Origin: a virus
Lineage: Duplodnaviria; Caudoviricetes
Length of the DNA: 56,968 bases
IMG/VR virus record: IMGVR_UViG_3300046779_001715
Span: 1 to 56,968 of that record
Direction: 5' to 3' (one strand)
Shown here: in pieces, positions 44,647-53,550 of the stretch
Position numbering within the stretch: position 1 is the first letter of the stretch
How the letters are laid out: each line of letters opens with the position of its first letter
The notes under the pieces: model-generated
Database searches by the model: none
What the model was told of the DNA's origin: nothing
What the model saw: only the letters and a program-made list of their open reading frames with translations
Program-made: the position numbers and the translations under genes

Positions 44647-46728
44647 TTATTTTGCAGTTACGTTAACAATAATTGCATTTGAATCAAAAGGATCCACTGT
44701 TATAATTCTATTGTATGAAGAAGATAATATCGTTGTCGCTGGGTTAACAGAAACAGTTAATTGTCCCAAATCATTATCAACACCAAGTGGTGCAAAAGAA
44801 TTCAATGTTAAGATACCTTCTTGGTAATCTATAGTGCCAGCATTTAAATTCAATAATGTTTTTACATTTTGAGTGTTGTTATAGTATGTTCTTATTGTTC
44901 CATAACGACCTTGCAATGTAACCACTGCTGCACCAAGTGAACCTGTTGTGTCACTAGATGAATTGGTAATCTTTACAATCGCACTGGTGTATCCTGTACC
45001 TGCATTTGTTACATTGATAGACTCGATTGAACCTTTACCGTCCAATGTTACTGTTGCAGTAGCACCAGTTCCGTCACCCAAAATTGTTGCTGTTGGTGGT
45101 GAAGTTAAAGAATAACCAAAACCTGGATTCAAAACAGTGATTGATTCCACACCACCTGTTTGTGCTGGCATTTCATCAAGGTAAACGTTGTCAATTGTTA
45201 AATCTATATTACTTGGATTTCTAAAACTGACAGATGGAAAACTATTGACACCACTTAAATTGATACCTCTTTTGAGTTCTGCACCATAATATAAGTTGTA
45301 TGTCGTTGCATTAGTTAAAATTGGTAAAAATTTCTTTTGCAGTTGTAAACTGATTTCGTTTGTAATGATTGATTTGTCTACGTTGTTGATTGCATTATTG
45401 AAATCAGCAGCTTTAAATGTTGAATTAAAAGTGTTCAATGAAGACGCAGCCAAATTAGAAATTGCGGTCTTAACTAATGATTGAATTTGACCAGATGTAT
45501 ATGTGGTTTTCTTGGCATCATACAAAACATTTGCTGTAATTTGTATGTAAGTATAGTCTGGATCAACCAAAGTAGGTTCAACCGTCATCACAGAAATTGG
45601 TTTGATGATATCATTAATCATCTTTTGTTTCTGTGTGTCTGTTAATGTATATGCACCAGATGGTTTAACAGAAATGAATACCTGACCATAAACTGGTGTT
45701 GAATTTTCTTGGCCACCCCAAACATTGACCGCATCAAAAGAATAACCTAATTTGTTTTGCTGAATTGCGGTGATGTAATCTTCTTTGGTAACTGCACGTT
45801 TCTGTGCTGCATAGGACTTAGGTGCATGAAACTTAATAGAATCAATTGATTCTTTTGCTGAGCCTTGTGTGGCCGCCGTAATTGATTGAGTGATGGTATT
45901 TGAGTAACCATTAATAGAATCCATCAGTACAAAACTATTGGCCTGATATGCTGATGTACCGGAAGTGGTCAAATAAGTTAATCTGACAATGTTTCCGTTA
46001 GTTAGTTTTTTACCCAATACACCATTACCAAAATAGATTTCATAATAATTATTCATTCCCTCTTGCAAGAAATAAACAGTAGAATCATTTTCGACCGTCA
46101 AATAATTTGATGCCAAGTCATATATTTGATATGAATTATCTGTAGCTGAAGTCTGCACACCAACTTGTAGAGTGGTTGTATCAATGTTTGTATTCGGTAT
46201 TCTGAATGTGTATGATGGATTGGTTGAAGAATCGACAACATAGGACATTGAAGTTGGTGTGCCTTGTCTGATTGCAACGTTACTGAAAACTGCTCGGTTG
46301 TTTACAACATTTACTGTTTCTGCATCGGTTGTTACAAAAGTGTAGTTCACACCGTCAACTGCTTCTGACATGAAACTGGTGAATTTTGGCATAGTCAATG
46401 ACGAATCAGTAACTTGGTTTACTGTCAAAGTAACTGTGGCAGTCGGTGCGATTGCACTTTTTGGCACATAATTCAACAACTTAGCTTGTGAAACCACAGA
46501 ATTTCTTTGGATTGCAGTGTCCAAAAACATTTCGTTGCCAATCATATTCAAGTAATATGCATTGTACTGTGTATTATATGCCAAAACATCTAAAAGGACA
46601 GATAATGCAGAACCATCGTAGTTGTAATCTTTTAGAGTGTCTTGTGATTGTAAATATGTTTTCAGATTGTTCTTTATTGCATTAAAGTCCAATTCTGTCA
46701 TTTGAATGTTTGAATTAGCACCAGCCAT
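44647..46728 (-). CDS. gp6: Baseplate wedge subunit
   Basis: LDF..IK.NLK.YL, DY..DGS.LS.LLDVLAYNT.YNA, E.FLD.A..R.SVVS.AK.L.Y.P, ESI.SIKF.AP, Q.RAVT.EDY and YG.VFIS.KP motifs. Confidence 0.95.
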   Translation of the reverse strand: MAGANSNIQMTELDFNAIKNNLKTYLQSQDTLKDYNYDGSALSVLLDVLAYNTQYNAYYLNMIGNEMFLDTAIQRNSVVSQAKLLNYVPKSAIAPTATVTLTVNQVTDSSLTMPKFTSFMSEAVDGVNYTFVTTDAETVNVVNNRAVFSNVAIRQGTPTSMSYVVDSSTNPSYTFRIPNTNIDTTTLQVGVQTSATDNSYQIYDLASNYLTVENDSTVYFLQEGMNNYYEIYFGNGVLGKKLTNGNIVRLTYLTTSGTSAYQANSFVLMDSINGYSNTITQSITAATQGSAKESIDSIKFHAPKSYAAQKRAVTKEDYITAIQQNKLGYSFDAVNVWGGQENSTPVYGQVFISVKPSGAYTLTDTQKQKMINDIIKPISVMTVEPTLVDPDYTYIQITANVLYDAKKTTYTSGQIQSLVKTAISNLAASSLNTFNSTFKAADFNNAINNVDKSIITNEISLQLQKKFLPILTNATTYNLYYGAELKRGINLSGVNSFPSVSFRNPSNIDLTIDNVYLDEMPAQTGGVESITVLNPGFGYSLTSPPTATILGDGTGATATVTLDGKGSIESINVTNAGTGYTSAIVKITNSSSDTTGSLGAAVVTLQGRYGTIRTYYNNTQNVKTLLNLNAGTIDYQEGILTLNSFAPLGVDNDLGQLTVSVNPATTILSSSYNRIITVDPFDSNAIIVNVTAK

Positions 46729-46729
46729 T

Positions 46730-47122
46730 TTATCTGTTTCTCTCTAAAAGAATTGTTATCGTTGTTGGAATCGTTGCATTTTCCAGGTAATAAGTTATAG
46801 ATATACTGTATGAATTTTCATCTGGTTTAGGTGTTACAACTACACTTTTTAAATTTACTCTAGGTTCATACTTGTCAATCATTTCACTAACTTCATTTTC
46901 CAAAGAAGTTTTTGAAGAAGGTGAAATTGGTTCAAACAATATAGTTTCAATATTTGAACCTAAATCTGGGTTCCAAAGTCTTTCATAGTGTTTACAAGAC
47001 AATAAATTTCTTATAGACCTTGCTACGGCCTGTGCATCATAACTAAGTGCGATATCATTCGACACCGGTTTTCTGGTGAAGGTGAAGTCTATGTCAGAGT
47101 ATATTTTAGTTAAGGTTGCCAT
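46730..47122 (-). CDS. gp25: Baseplate wedge subunit / sheath initiator
   Basis: YSDID.F...P...D, AV..SIRNL....YER...P..GS....LFEP and I..YEPRV motifs. Confidence 0.93.
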   Translation of the reverse strand: MATLTKIYSDIDFTFTRKPVSNDIALSYDAQAVARSIRNLLSCKHYERLWNPDLGSNIETILFEPISPSSKTSLENEVSEMIDKYEPRVNLKSVVVTPKPDENSYSISITYYLENATIPTTITILLERNR

Positions 47123-47126
47123 TCTT

Positions 47127-47134
47127 TATTTATC
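47127..47134 (-). promoter_or_regulatory. Putative late promoter (GATAAATA) upstream of gp25
   Basis: One mismatch to TATAAATA, 4 nt before the gp25 ATG. Confidence 0.55.
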
Positions 47135-47218
47135 GTAGGAGTAAAACGCTTTTTTGGAATCTTGAAGCTGTCGGAGAAAATTCTTGGGCCGGAACGCAAA
47201 AAATCGAAATTTGGGATT
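47135..47218. other. Non-coding spacer with inverted repeat and A/T tracts, function unknown
   Basis: CGCTTTTTTG (47147-47156) is 9/10 complementary to CAAAAAATCG (47197-47206); CpG-rich compared with other spacers. Confidence 0.45.
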
Positions 47219-48061
47219 TCATGAGTTTAACCTTTGTTTAATCTTGTCAGAACCGATGGCGTTCATTATCATGTCGGTTTCAGATTGACCAAGTTTTGAA
47301 AAGTCTCTAACTTTATTGAAATCTTCTAGTACTGCTTTGGAATTTTGATAAAATGTATTATCTTGATTTCTATAATTAACCATGGTTTGATTTAATGCAG
47401 AAACACTATCGTACATACTTTGTGCCTGTGATAAACTCAAACTTGAATCTCTGTCAATCACTGTATTTCCATCAACCAACCTTTGAGTGATGGTTATACT
47501 ATTATTTAATGTGACAGCCCAATCATCTACAGTTATTTTTTGTTGCGTTAGTGTATTGGATGTGTATAGACTTGTGAAATTGCCCATAATTGGCGAATTA
47601 TTTTGTATACCGTCAGATTGATTGACAATGTATACCATAATTTTACCAGTACCAATTGCTGTTTGATAATGTACTTCATCCATATTAGTATCTGGTGCTA
47701 TCACATTTGATAATCTATTTGTGTGATACAGGAAACCTGGTGCCGTACTCTCAATAATTGTATTAGATAAATTAGCTGTATTTCTTATTAAAAGTGTTAT
47801 AGCATTCGTTGATCCAGATACTCCTCCAGCAATCCTCAGCATATTGTTTGCAGTTGTTGTAATATAAGATATGATGTTGGCGACTGGATTTACATAATAT
47901 CCTGAAGTATTGGATGTTGCAATATCTTCAATTTGCCAAGGTGTTAGTAAATTAGGCAACATGTTTAATTGCACTTTAACATTTGCTGATAACTCTTGTG
48001 TTGTGGAATTGGTTAATGTATCGGATGAATTGAAACCAAGTCTTGCGTATATACCACTCAT
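47219..48061 (-). CDS. Hypothetical protein downstream of gp5
   Basis: 280-aa ORF co-oriented and tightly packed; no motif recognised. Confidence 0.75.
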   Translation of the reverse strand: MSGIYARLGFNSSDTLTNSTTQELSANVKVQLNMLPNLLTPWQIEDIATSNTSGYYVNPVANIISYITTTANNMLRIAGGVSGSTNAITLLIRNTANLSNTIIESTAPGFLYHTNRLSNVIAPDTNMDEVHYQTAIGTGKIMVYIVNQSDGIQNNSPIMGNFTSLYTSNTLTQQKITVDDWAVTLNNSITITQRLVDGNTVIDRDSSLSLSQAQSMYDSVSALNQTMVNYRNQDNTFYQNSKAVLEDFNKVRDFSKLGQSETDMIMNAIGSDKIKQRLNS

Positions 48062-48062
48062 A

Positions 48063-48908
48063 TTATGCCTTCAATTCTTTCTGGAATGGTGAACCTGTTA
48101 CACCTTCTGGTGCTGGATGATTGTGAAATGAACGGATTGTTTCGTTTACAATATCACCAGCAAGAATTGCACCCATGATACCAAAACTTCCGTATGGTGC
48201 TGACATACTGACAAGTGAATTGATTGGTCCAGCACAATTAATTTGCAAAGGAATTGCAATTGGCAAACCTACAGATAAACCACCAGTCACAGTTACAAAT
48301 CCTAATTTACCAGCTCTTACTCCTGTGCCTGCATCAATTCTTGTTATAGATGTTATCTTATCGGCTTTGGCTTCACCAGAAACACTCAAATCACCATTAA
48401 TACGAACATGGTCTGGCACATTAATAGTTAATTTTCCTGCAACACCCGAACCTGCAAATATCCGCATATCACCTAAAGAAGAAACGGTACTAATACCATT
48501 TATTGTTTGTGTATAGTTGCCTTTTACATGTTGTTCAAAATTACCATCAATTTCTTCAATCTTATCACCTTTGACATTGAAGTATGCATCACCATAAACG
48601 GTAATATTTAATTTTTTGGCAAGTTTACCGTCATCGACACCGATTGCAATATTATGGTCACCTAAGGTAATTGTATAACCATCACCAATGATTTTATGCA
48701 CCTCATCACCATTAGGATGCATTTCCAAGAATGTTCCTTTACCGTGTTGTATACGTACACGTTCTCTTGTGGGAGTATCGTCCATCTCAAACGAATGTCC
48801 ACCATCGGTTTGAGTAACGTTATTGTATGGATATACTGGTTGGTAATTTGTATTCGCAGCGGATTCTGGTTCGGTCCATGCGGTAACAAAACTCGGTTTA
48901 GTTGTCAT
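48063..48908 (-). CDS. gp5: gp5 C-terminal spike (beta-helix) part with HxH tip
   Basis: YPYN.V..T..GH..E.DDTP..ER....H..GTF.E.HP.G, V.GD/GN beta-helix repeats, C-terminal FHNH. Confidence 0.85.
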   Translation of the reverse strand: MTTKPSFVTAWTEPESAANTNYQPVYPYNNVTQTDGGHSFEMDDTPTRERVRIQHGKGTFLEMHPNGDEVHKIIGDGYTITLGDHNIAIGVDDGKLAKKLNITVYGDAYFNVKGDKIEEIDGNFEQHVKGNYTQTINGISTVSSLGDMRIFAGSGVAGKLTINVPDHVRINGDLSVSGEAKADKITSITRIDAGTGVRAGKLGFVTVTGGLSVGLPIAIPLQINCAGPINSLVSMSAPYGSFGIMGAILAGDIVNETIRSFHNHPAPEGVTGSPFQKELKA

Positions 48909-48910
48909 AA

Positions 48911-49819
48911 TTATGGTGATTGCGAAGTTGAGAATTGATAAGAAGTCGTATTTGATGTAAGACTATCTGCACTAGGTGTGGAATCAATTATATAGTTATT
49001 GATTAAACCAATATGTTCAGGATCCGTTGTACCCTTACTCAACGCCATTGAAACTGCTGGTGGTATGTCTGAATTAGTCTGTGATTCTGTGACAGAAGTT
49101 AATAGTAAATTTGATGCTTGTGTGAATTCGTTGGCAATTGATTGTGTTTGCGCTTCAGTCAAACTTGCAATTTGTTCTGGTATAGAACCAATACTTGTTG
49201 CAACTTGTTGAATTGAATTTGTAAAATTTTTAATACAATCTGCTAACAATGCTTTTAATTTATCTGGTAAACTCAAAACCCATTCAACCAATTCTTTGAT
49301 TTGTTGTGCCAAGAATACCCATTCCAAAACGATTTCAACTTGCTCTGCAATAAACTCTATAATTTCATTGGCTTTTCTCACCAAGTCTTTACCTAATGAC
49401 CAATAATAGGATATCTCACCACTTGGATCAAACCCTAAAACAGAAATAATTGCATCTATTGCTTTTCTAAAAGCTTGAACTCCATTCTGCACTAAACTTC
49501 TTAATCTATTTGCTGCTTTCAGTTTTGCATTTTTGATTGCTTTTTGTAAAGCGTCAACAGGACTTAACAACCCTAGGCCAAAATTGCCTTGAATGTCGAA
49601 AATAAATTTGAAATCGCACACATGAGTTAAATTGTTGTTTAACAATTCAATTGAAGAACCAGGTAAATAACCTCTGGCCAATTGTGGTGTTGTCTGTACA
49701 TCTGGTCTTTTTGACAATGATGCAAAAGGTGAATTTGGTGGAAATTTCTCAATTAATTTGTTGTTGAAAATTTCAAAACCACCTAAATTTACTGATGATG
49801 TATATGTATTTGTTGCCAT
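48911..49819 (-). CDS. Helical hypothetical protein between the two gp5 parts
   Basis: Probable start MATNTY at 49819 with GAGG RBS; TP.LARG motif, then amphipathic helices; no lysozyme motif seen. Confidence 0.7.
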   Translation of the reverse strand: MATNTYTSSVNLGGFEIFNNKLIEKFPPNSPFASLSKRPDVQTTPQLARGYLPGSSIELLNNNLTHVCDFKFIFDIQGNFGLGLLSPVDALQKAIKNAKLKAANRLRSLVQNGVQAFRKAIDAIISVLGFDPSGEISYYWSLGKDLVRKANEIIEFIAEQVEIVLEWVFLAQQIKELVEWVLSLPDKLKALLADCIKNFTNSIQQVATSIGSIPEQIASLTEAQTQSIANEFTQASNLLLTSVTESQTNSDIPPAVSMALSKGTTDPEHIGLINNYIIDSTPSADSLTSNTTSYQFSTSQSP

Positions 49820-49826
49820 TTTATCC

Positions 49827-50144
49827 TCAATTTTCTGTGTTTGGATTGAACGCAGGTAATACACCCATCATAACTGGAAATTGTCCTGCTTCACCATCAA
49901 AGAAAAAACCAACTACCCAGTCACCAACTAAAGGAGAAGAAAAATTATTTCTGCTGTTTAGTGGCATCAATGGCATCGCCCAAGGCAAATCTTCAACCCT
50001 TATTTCCATTTTGGATTCTTCAGAACCATCTGTATGCCAACCAAAGATACGAACCTTGCAACGGCCTAATCCTAATGGATCCATACGATCCACTATTTCT
50101 CCCACCCACCATATAAAATTATCTTTTCCTAAAAAGTTTTGCAT
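49827..50144 (-). CDS. gp5: gp5 N-terminal OB-fold domain as a stand-alone gene
   Basis: F.WW.G.I.DR.DP..LGR.KVRI.G.H...DLPWA..L.P...G.WV.GFF.DG...Q.P..MG..P. Confidence 0.9.
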   Translation of the reverse strand: MQNFLGKDNFIWWVGEIVDRMDPLGLGRCKVRIFGWHTDGSEESKMEIRVEDLPWAMPLMPLNSRNNFSSPLVGDWVVGFFFDGEAGQFPVMMGVLPAFNPNTEN

Positions 50145-50151
50145 CTTCTAA

Positions 50152-51453
50152 TCATCCTAAGGGGTTGTTTGCTACAATTCTATTTGCTTCACTATCTTTT
50201 GCTATTTCTAATATGGATTCAGAACCACCTTCTGACCTTATAATATGTCGTAATGCAGTCACCAAATATCTACCAGAATAAGTCATATCCAATTCTTTAC
50301 TGGAGATGGATGGTAATTGGAAGTTAACTACATCACCCACTTTTAAACCTGGGTCACAAGGTATTTTTATTTTGACTAATGTGTAATTTGCCAAACTTAG
50401 TTGTGCTGTTCTATTTGGCACAATTGTCTCAATAAAAATATCAGGCGGCACGCTGTTATTTTCTACATTTTTGGCCCAAGGTTTCTTTCTTTGTTCAGAA
50501 TTTGATATTGCAAGTTTAAGTTTTCCTTTGACTTCTTGACTTCGTGTTTTGCCTAATCTGTTTTGTTCTTCTGTCAAAACACTACCATCATTCAATTTTT
50601 TACCTTTATATTCATTATATTTGAAATCTTTGATATCTATTTTTCTTGTAAGTGGATCTAAAGTAATCAATCTATTTGCAAAAGTTCCTGATTCAACATC
50701 TTCTAACGAATTGAACGCTTTAATGAATTCAAAATCCAAAACGGTAATAGATTTTTCGTTTAAACTTGTTTCACTCAAGTTTTGTTGTTGATATTTGTAT
50801 GTTCTATATGCTGGTTGTTGATATAAGTTACTTAAAGATTTGAAATAGAAACCTTCTTTGTTTTCATATAACAACATATCTGCACCAACCAAATCGTTGT
50901 TTGCTGGTCGTGCATAGGTTGACAACCAACTAATTGCTTCAAAAGGTTTCAATGTTGGTACGTTAAAGTTGTAAGTTCCTGTTGTGGAGTCTATGAATAA
51001 AGTTTTTTGAATCTTTAATTTTTCACTCAATATGTTTCTAACAATATTGGATATTTCTGTTGAATATGCTTTTGTTACTTTTGTTTGTTCAGATAACAAC
51101 AATTCCTCAGAACAAAAATATAATTTGATAAATTCACTGTTCATCGGCCCAACAGGTTTTCTACTAGGAATAGTATAGAGTTTGAAATACTGTTTCTTTC
51201 GTGTACCAGTACTTGAGGTGTCAAAAGATAAAGATATTGTTTCGTTTCCGGACAAATTTAGGTTTTCAATAATACCTGTGGCATCTCTTAATTTTACATA
51301 ACCAGAAACTGCAAAACTGTAAATGTCCTCAAAGTACGACAAATCAACCAAAAGTGATTTAATATTTTGTGGTTGTTTATTTGCCGGATATATGGTTAAG
51401 TCATTAACACTTATCGACTGGGGAAATATATTTTTATCTGAATCTGTTGCCAT
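50152..51453 (-). CDS. Putative baseplate hub protein (gp27-like)
   Basis: Y.EDI......G...L.D, L.G.E.I, P...PF.AI.WL, FYFKSL..L and SGRYLVTALRH motifs; lies between gp53 and gp5. Confidence 0.6.
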   Translation of the reverse strand: MATDSDKNIFPQSISVNDLTIYPANKQPQNIKSLLVDLSYFEDIYSFAVSGYVKLRDATGIIENLNLSGNETISLSFDTSSTGTRKKQYFKLYTIPSRKPVGPMNSEFIKLYFCSEELLLSEQTKVTKAYSTEISNIVRNILSEKLKIQKTLFIDSTTGTYNFNVPTLKPFEAISWLSTYARPANNDLVGADMLLYENKEGFYFKSLSNLYQQPAYRTYKYQQQNLSETSLNEKSITVLDFEFIKAFNSLEDVESGTFANRLITLDPLTRKIDIKDFKYNEYKGKKLNDGSVLTEEQNRLGKTRSQEVKGKLKLAISNSEQRKKPWAKNVENNSVPPDIFIETIVPNRTAQLSLANYTLVKIKIPCDPGLKVGDVVNFQLPSISSKELDMTYSGRYLVTALRHIIRSEGGSESILEIAKDSEANRIVANNPLG

Positions 51454-51454
51454 C

Positions 51455-52048
51455 TTATTTACTCATCAAATTGAACAATTCACTTTCAATTTCTTGAACG
51501 TAATTTGTATTCAATAATTTTATATTTCTTTTAGATTCATTCAATTCAACTTCATATTCATAATTGTTTACAATTTTTTTGGTTGTTTTAACAGTTACAC
51601 TTCCTGAAGGTAAAGTGTGTGTTGTAGTTGTTTCAAGTAAATTGGTATATGATTCTAAATCAATAGTAATCTTTTCAGTTGTGGTGGTATCACTTGAATT
51701 GTCTGTTTTAGTGAATATTTTTTCATAGTGGTGAACATCCTCTAATTCACCTGATGAATATTTACTTGTAAGGTATTCATTAAACACTCTACTTTCAAGT
51801 GGCCAATTCCATTGTGGATCAAATATTTGATTCACCAGTAGAACAATCCAATATCTATCAATATCATCGTAGTATTTGTGAGCAATTATTTCAGGAGTAT
51901 CCGATTCTTGAATATCATATGTATAGAACAACAACGGGTTGTTTATCAGACCTTGAATGACATTTGTTCTTGCCAAAAGGTTTGTATATATCTTAGATAC
52001 TTTATTTTCGGTAACGACTATTTTTGGTAATGTTTCAAAGTATTTCAT
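51455..52048 (-). CDS. gp53: Baseplate wedge subunit (LysM-like)
   Basis: Start MKYF..LP at 52048; Y.I...DTPE.IA.KYY.D....W.VLL.N...DP...WP, HHYE and NY.YE..LNE.KR.I.LL motifs. Confidence 0.9.
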   Translation of the reverse strand: MKYFETLPKIVVTENKVSKIYTNLLARTNVIQGLINNPLLFYTYDIQESDTPEIIAHKYYDDIDRYWIVLLVNQIFDPQWNWPLESRVFNEYLTSKYSSGELEDVHHYEKIFTKTDNSSDTTTTEKITIDLESYTNLLETTTTHTLPSGSVTVKTTKKIVNNYEYEVELNESKRNIKLLNTNYVQEIESELFNLMSK

Positions 52049-52049
52049 T

Positions 52050-53069
52050 TTAGTATCCGCTATCAATCGCTGCTTTATCTACCAGTTCAATTTCTTTGAA
52101 TTGTAGTGTTAATGTTGTTTGTACTGGTGCACCATCATCATGTGCAGACCATCCGTTTGGTGCATAATTAACATCAATATTTTGCAATACACTTTTTTTC
52201 AATTTGTTTATGTTTGTGTTTTCTTGTCCTTGGTTGAGAAAACTTATTTGAAAAACTGCTGGAGGTGTCATAAAGAAACCTGCTGATTTTGTAATCAACT
52301 CTGGTGCAGCATATTTTCTGAAATTCTTGATGATGTTCCTAACTTCATCTGCTTCTTGTTGTGAGTAAGGTGTAAATGTAAAAGACATATTGTATGTTCT
52401 AAAATCTATACCTTCAAACAATACCTGTTCTTGTGGGTTAAAAACATAACCTGCATAGTTTAAACCTAATTTTACTGCACCTCTATTCAAAACGGAAGTT
52501 ATCGCAGAAGCAATTCCAGATACTGATTCTGCAGCAGTTGCCAAACTTAAATTATTATATTGTGCAGCATAATTGAATTCAAGTGTTTCTGGCATATAAA
52601 GTGTAATTGCTCCAACAGCTGTCTTTGATACATTCTTTTTCACTTTACCCACAATAGAGCCTAATGTTTTACTTGCATCTGTTCCCAAAGTGCCAGCTGG
52701 ATCATCTGATGTTGATATTTTTTTAGCGTAATCTGCTGCCGCATTGGCTGCTTGTTCAGCCGCATCCCAAACTTTAGTAAAAGTCTCGGCAACTTCCTCT
52801 CCTGATGTAGGTAAAGTAGGTAAATTCAACCCTTGGTTGAGAAATTCTTTTCCTGCACTCAAGTCCATTGGTAATGATTCATAGATATCAAACCTTACAG
52901 AATGTCCTTTAGATGAAGAATCTAAATCTCTTGGATATTTTAAATTGAATGTATTGTACTTACTTTTATATAAAGCTGAAGTTGGACCTTGAGTTACTGC
53001 ATAAAGAATACTTGCATTTGTATTTTTTACCATATCTTGGCCAGATTCAACTAATTTTGGTGTTGCCAT
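52050..53069 (-). CDS. gp48: Baseplate tail tube cap
   Basis: LKYP.D, I.LYMP, NP....LFEG..FR.....F.F.P.S..EA..V..II..F, VNY.P.G and L.L.FKE.E motifs. Confidence 0.8.
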   Translation of the reverse strand: MATPKLVESGQDMVKNTNASILYAVTQGPTSALYKSKYNTFNLKYPRDLDSSSKGHSVRFDIYESLPMDLSAGKEFLNQGLNLPTLPTSGEEVAETFTKVWDAAEQAANAAADYAKKISTSDDPAGTLGTDASKTLGSIVGKVKKNVSKTAVGAITLYMPETLEFNYAAQYNNLSLATAAESVSGIASAITSVLNRGAVKLGLNYAGYVFNPQEQVLFEGIDFRTYNMSFTFTPYSQQEADEVRNIIKNFRKYAAPELITKSAGFFMTPPAVFQISFLNQGQENTNINKLKKSVLQNIDVNYAPNGWSAHDDGAPVQTTLTLQFKEIELVDKAAIDSGY

Positions 53070-53090
53070 TTTTTCCCTGTCGAAAAAAGT

Positions 53091-53107
53091 TATATATAGT
53101 ATTTATG
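53091..53107. promoter_or_regulatory. Overlapping divergent late promoter region between gp48 and gp4
   Basis: Minus-strand CATAAATA (53100-53107) overlaps the gp4 ATG; palindromic TATATATA at 53091-53098. Confidence 0.5.
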
Positions 53108-53539
53108 GCATATTCAGGAACGTTCAGACCTACAAACCCACAAAAATATGTTGGGGATTATAAAAATATCATTTATCGCTCAAGTTGGGAGGCTAGAGTG
53201 ATGAATTGGCTCGACAAAAATCCAAATATTGTGTCTTGGGCTTCAGAGGAAATTATCATTCCATACATTTCTCCAGTTGATGGTCGTTGGCACAGATACT
53301 TTCCAGATTTTGTTGTTAAAGTTAAAGACAAGAACGGTCAACTTAGAACCATGATGCTTGAGGTCAAACCAAAGAAACAAACGCAAGCACCAATACCACA
53401 AAGGCGAGTTACTAAAAGATACATCACAGAAGTTGCTACATGGGGTGTCAATCAGGCCAAATTCAAGGCGGCAACAGAATATTGTTTAGACCGTGGTTGG
53501 GAATTCAAAGTTATCACGGAAGACCACCTAGGTCTGTAA
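53105..53539 (+). CDS. gp4: Head completion nuclease
   Basis: Start MAYSG.F.P.NP.KY.GD...I.YRSSWE...W.SEE..IPY.SP.D...HRYFPDF...EVKP.KQT...NQAK..AA...C...GW.F...TE; PD-(D/E)xK fold. Confidence 0.93.
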   Translation: MAYSGTFRPTNPQKYVGDYKNIIYRSSWEARVMNWLDKNPNIVSWASEEIIIPYISPVDGRWHRYFPDFVVKVKDKNGQLRTMMLEVKPKKQTQAPIPQRRVTKRYITEVATWGVNQAKFKAATEYCLDRGWEFKVITEDHLGL

Positions 53540-53546
53540 CTAAATA
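53539..53546 (+). promoter_or_regulatory. Putative late promoter (ACTAAATA) upstream of gp2
   Basis: TAAATA core 4 nt before the ATG at 53551. Confidence 0.55.
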
Positions 53547-53550
53547 CACC

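Noticed and set aside
49820-49864. Frameshift joining the gp5 OB domain to the middle ORF, or the longer 317-aa start
   Set aside because: The middle ORF has a good GAGG RBS before ATG 49819 and I see no canonical slippery heptamer; not excluded without reads.
53105-53539. TnsA-like transposase / mobile element
   Set aside because: The PD-(D/E)xK fold matches the conserved T4 gp4 head-completion nuclease in its usual context; no terminal repeats or other transposition genes.
52949-53550. Extended N-termini of gp4 (52949) and gp2 (53440) in the ORF track; similarly gp53 (52066) and the 87-aa ORF (30841)
   Set aside because: They overlap neighbouring genes, and family motifs begin at the downstream ATGs (53105, 53551, 52048, 30805).
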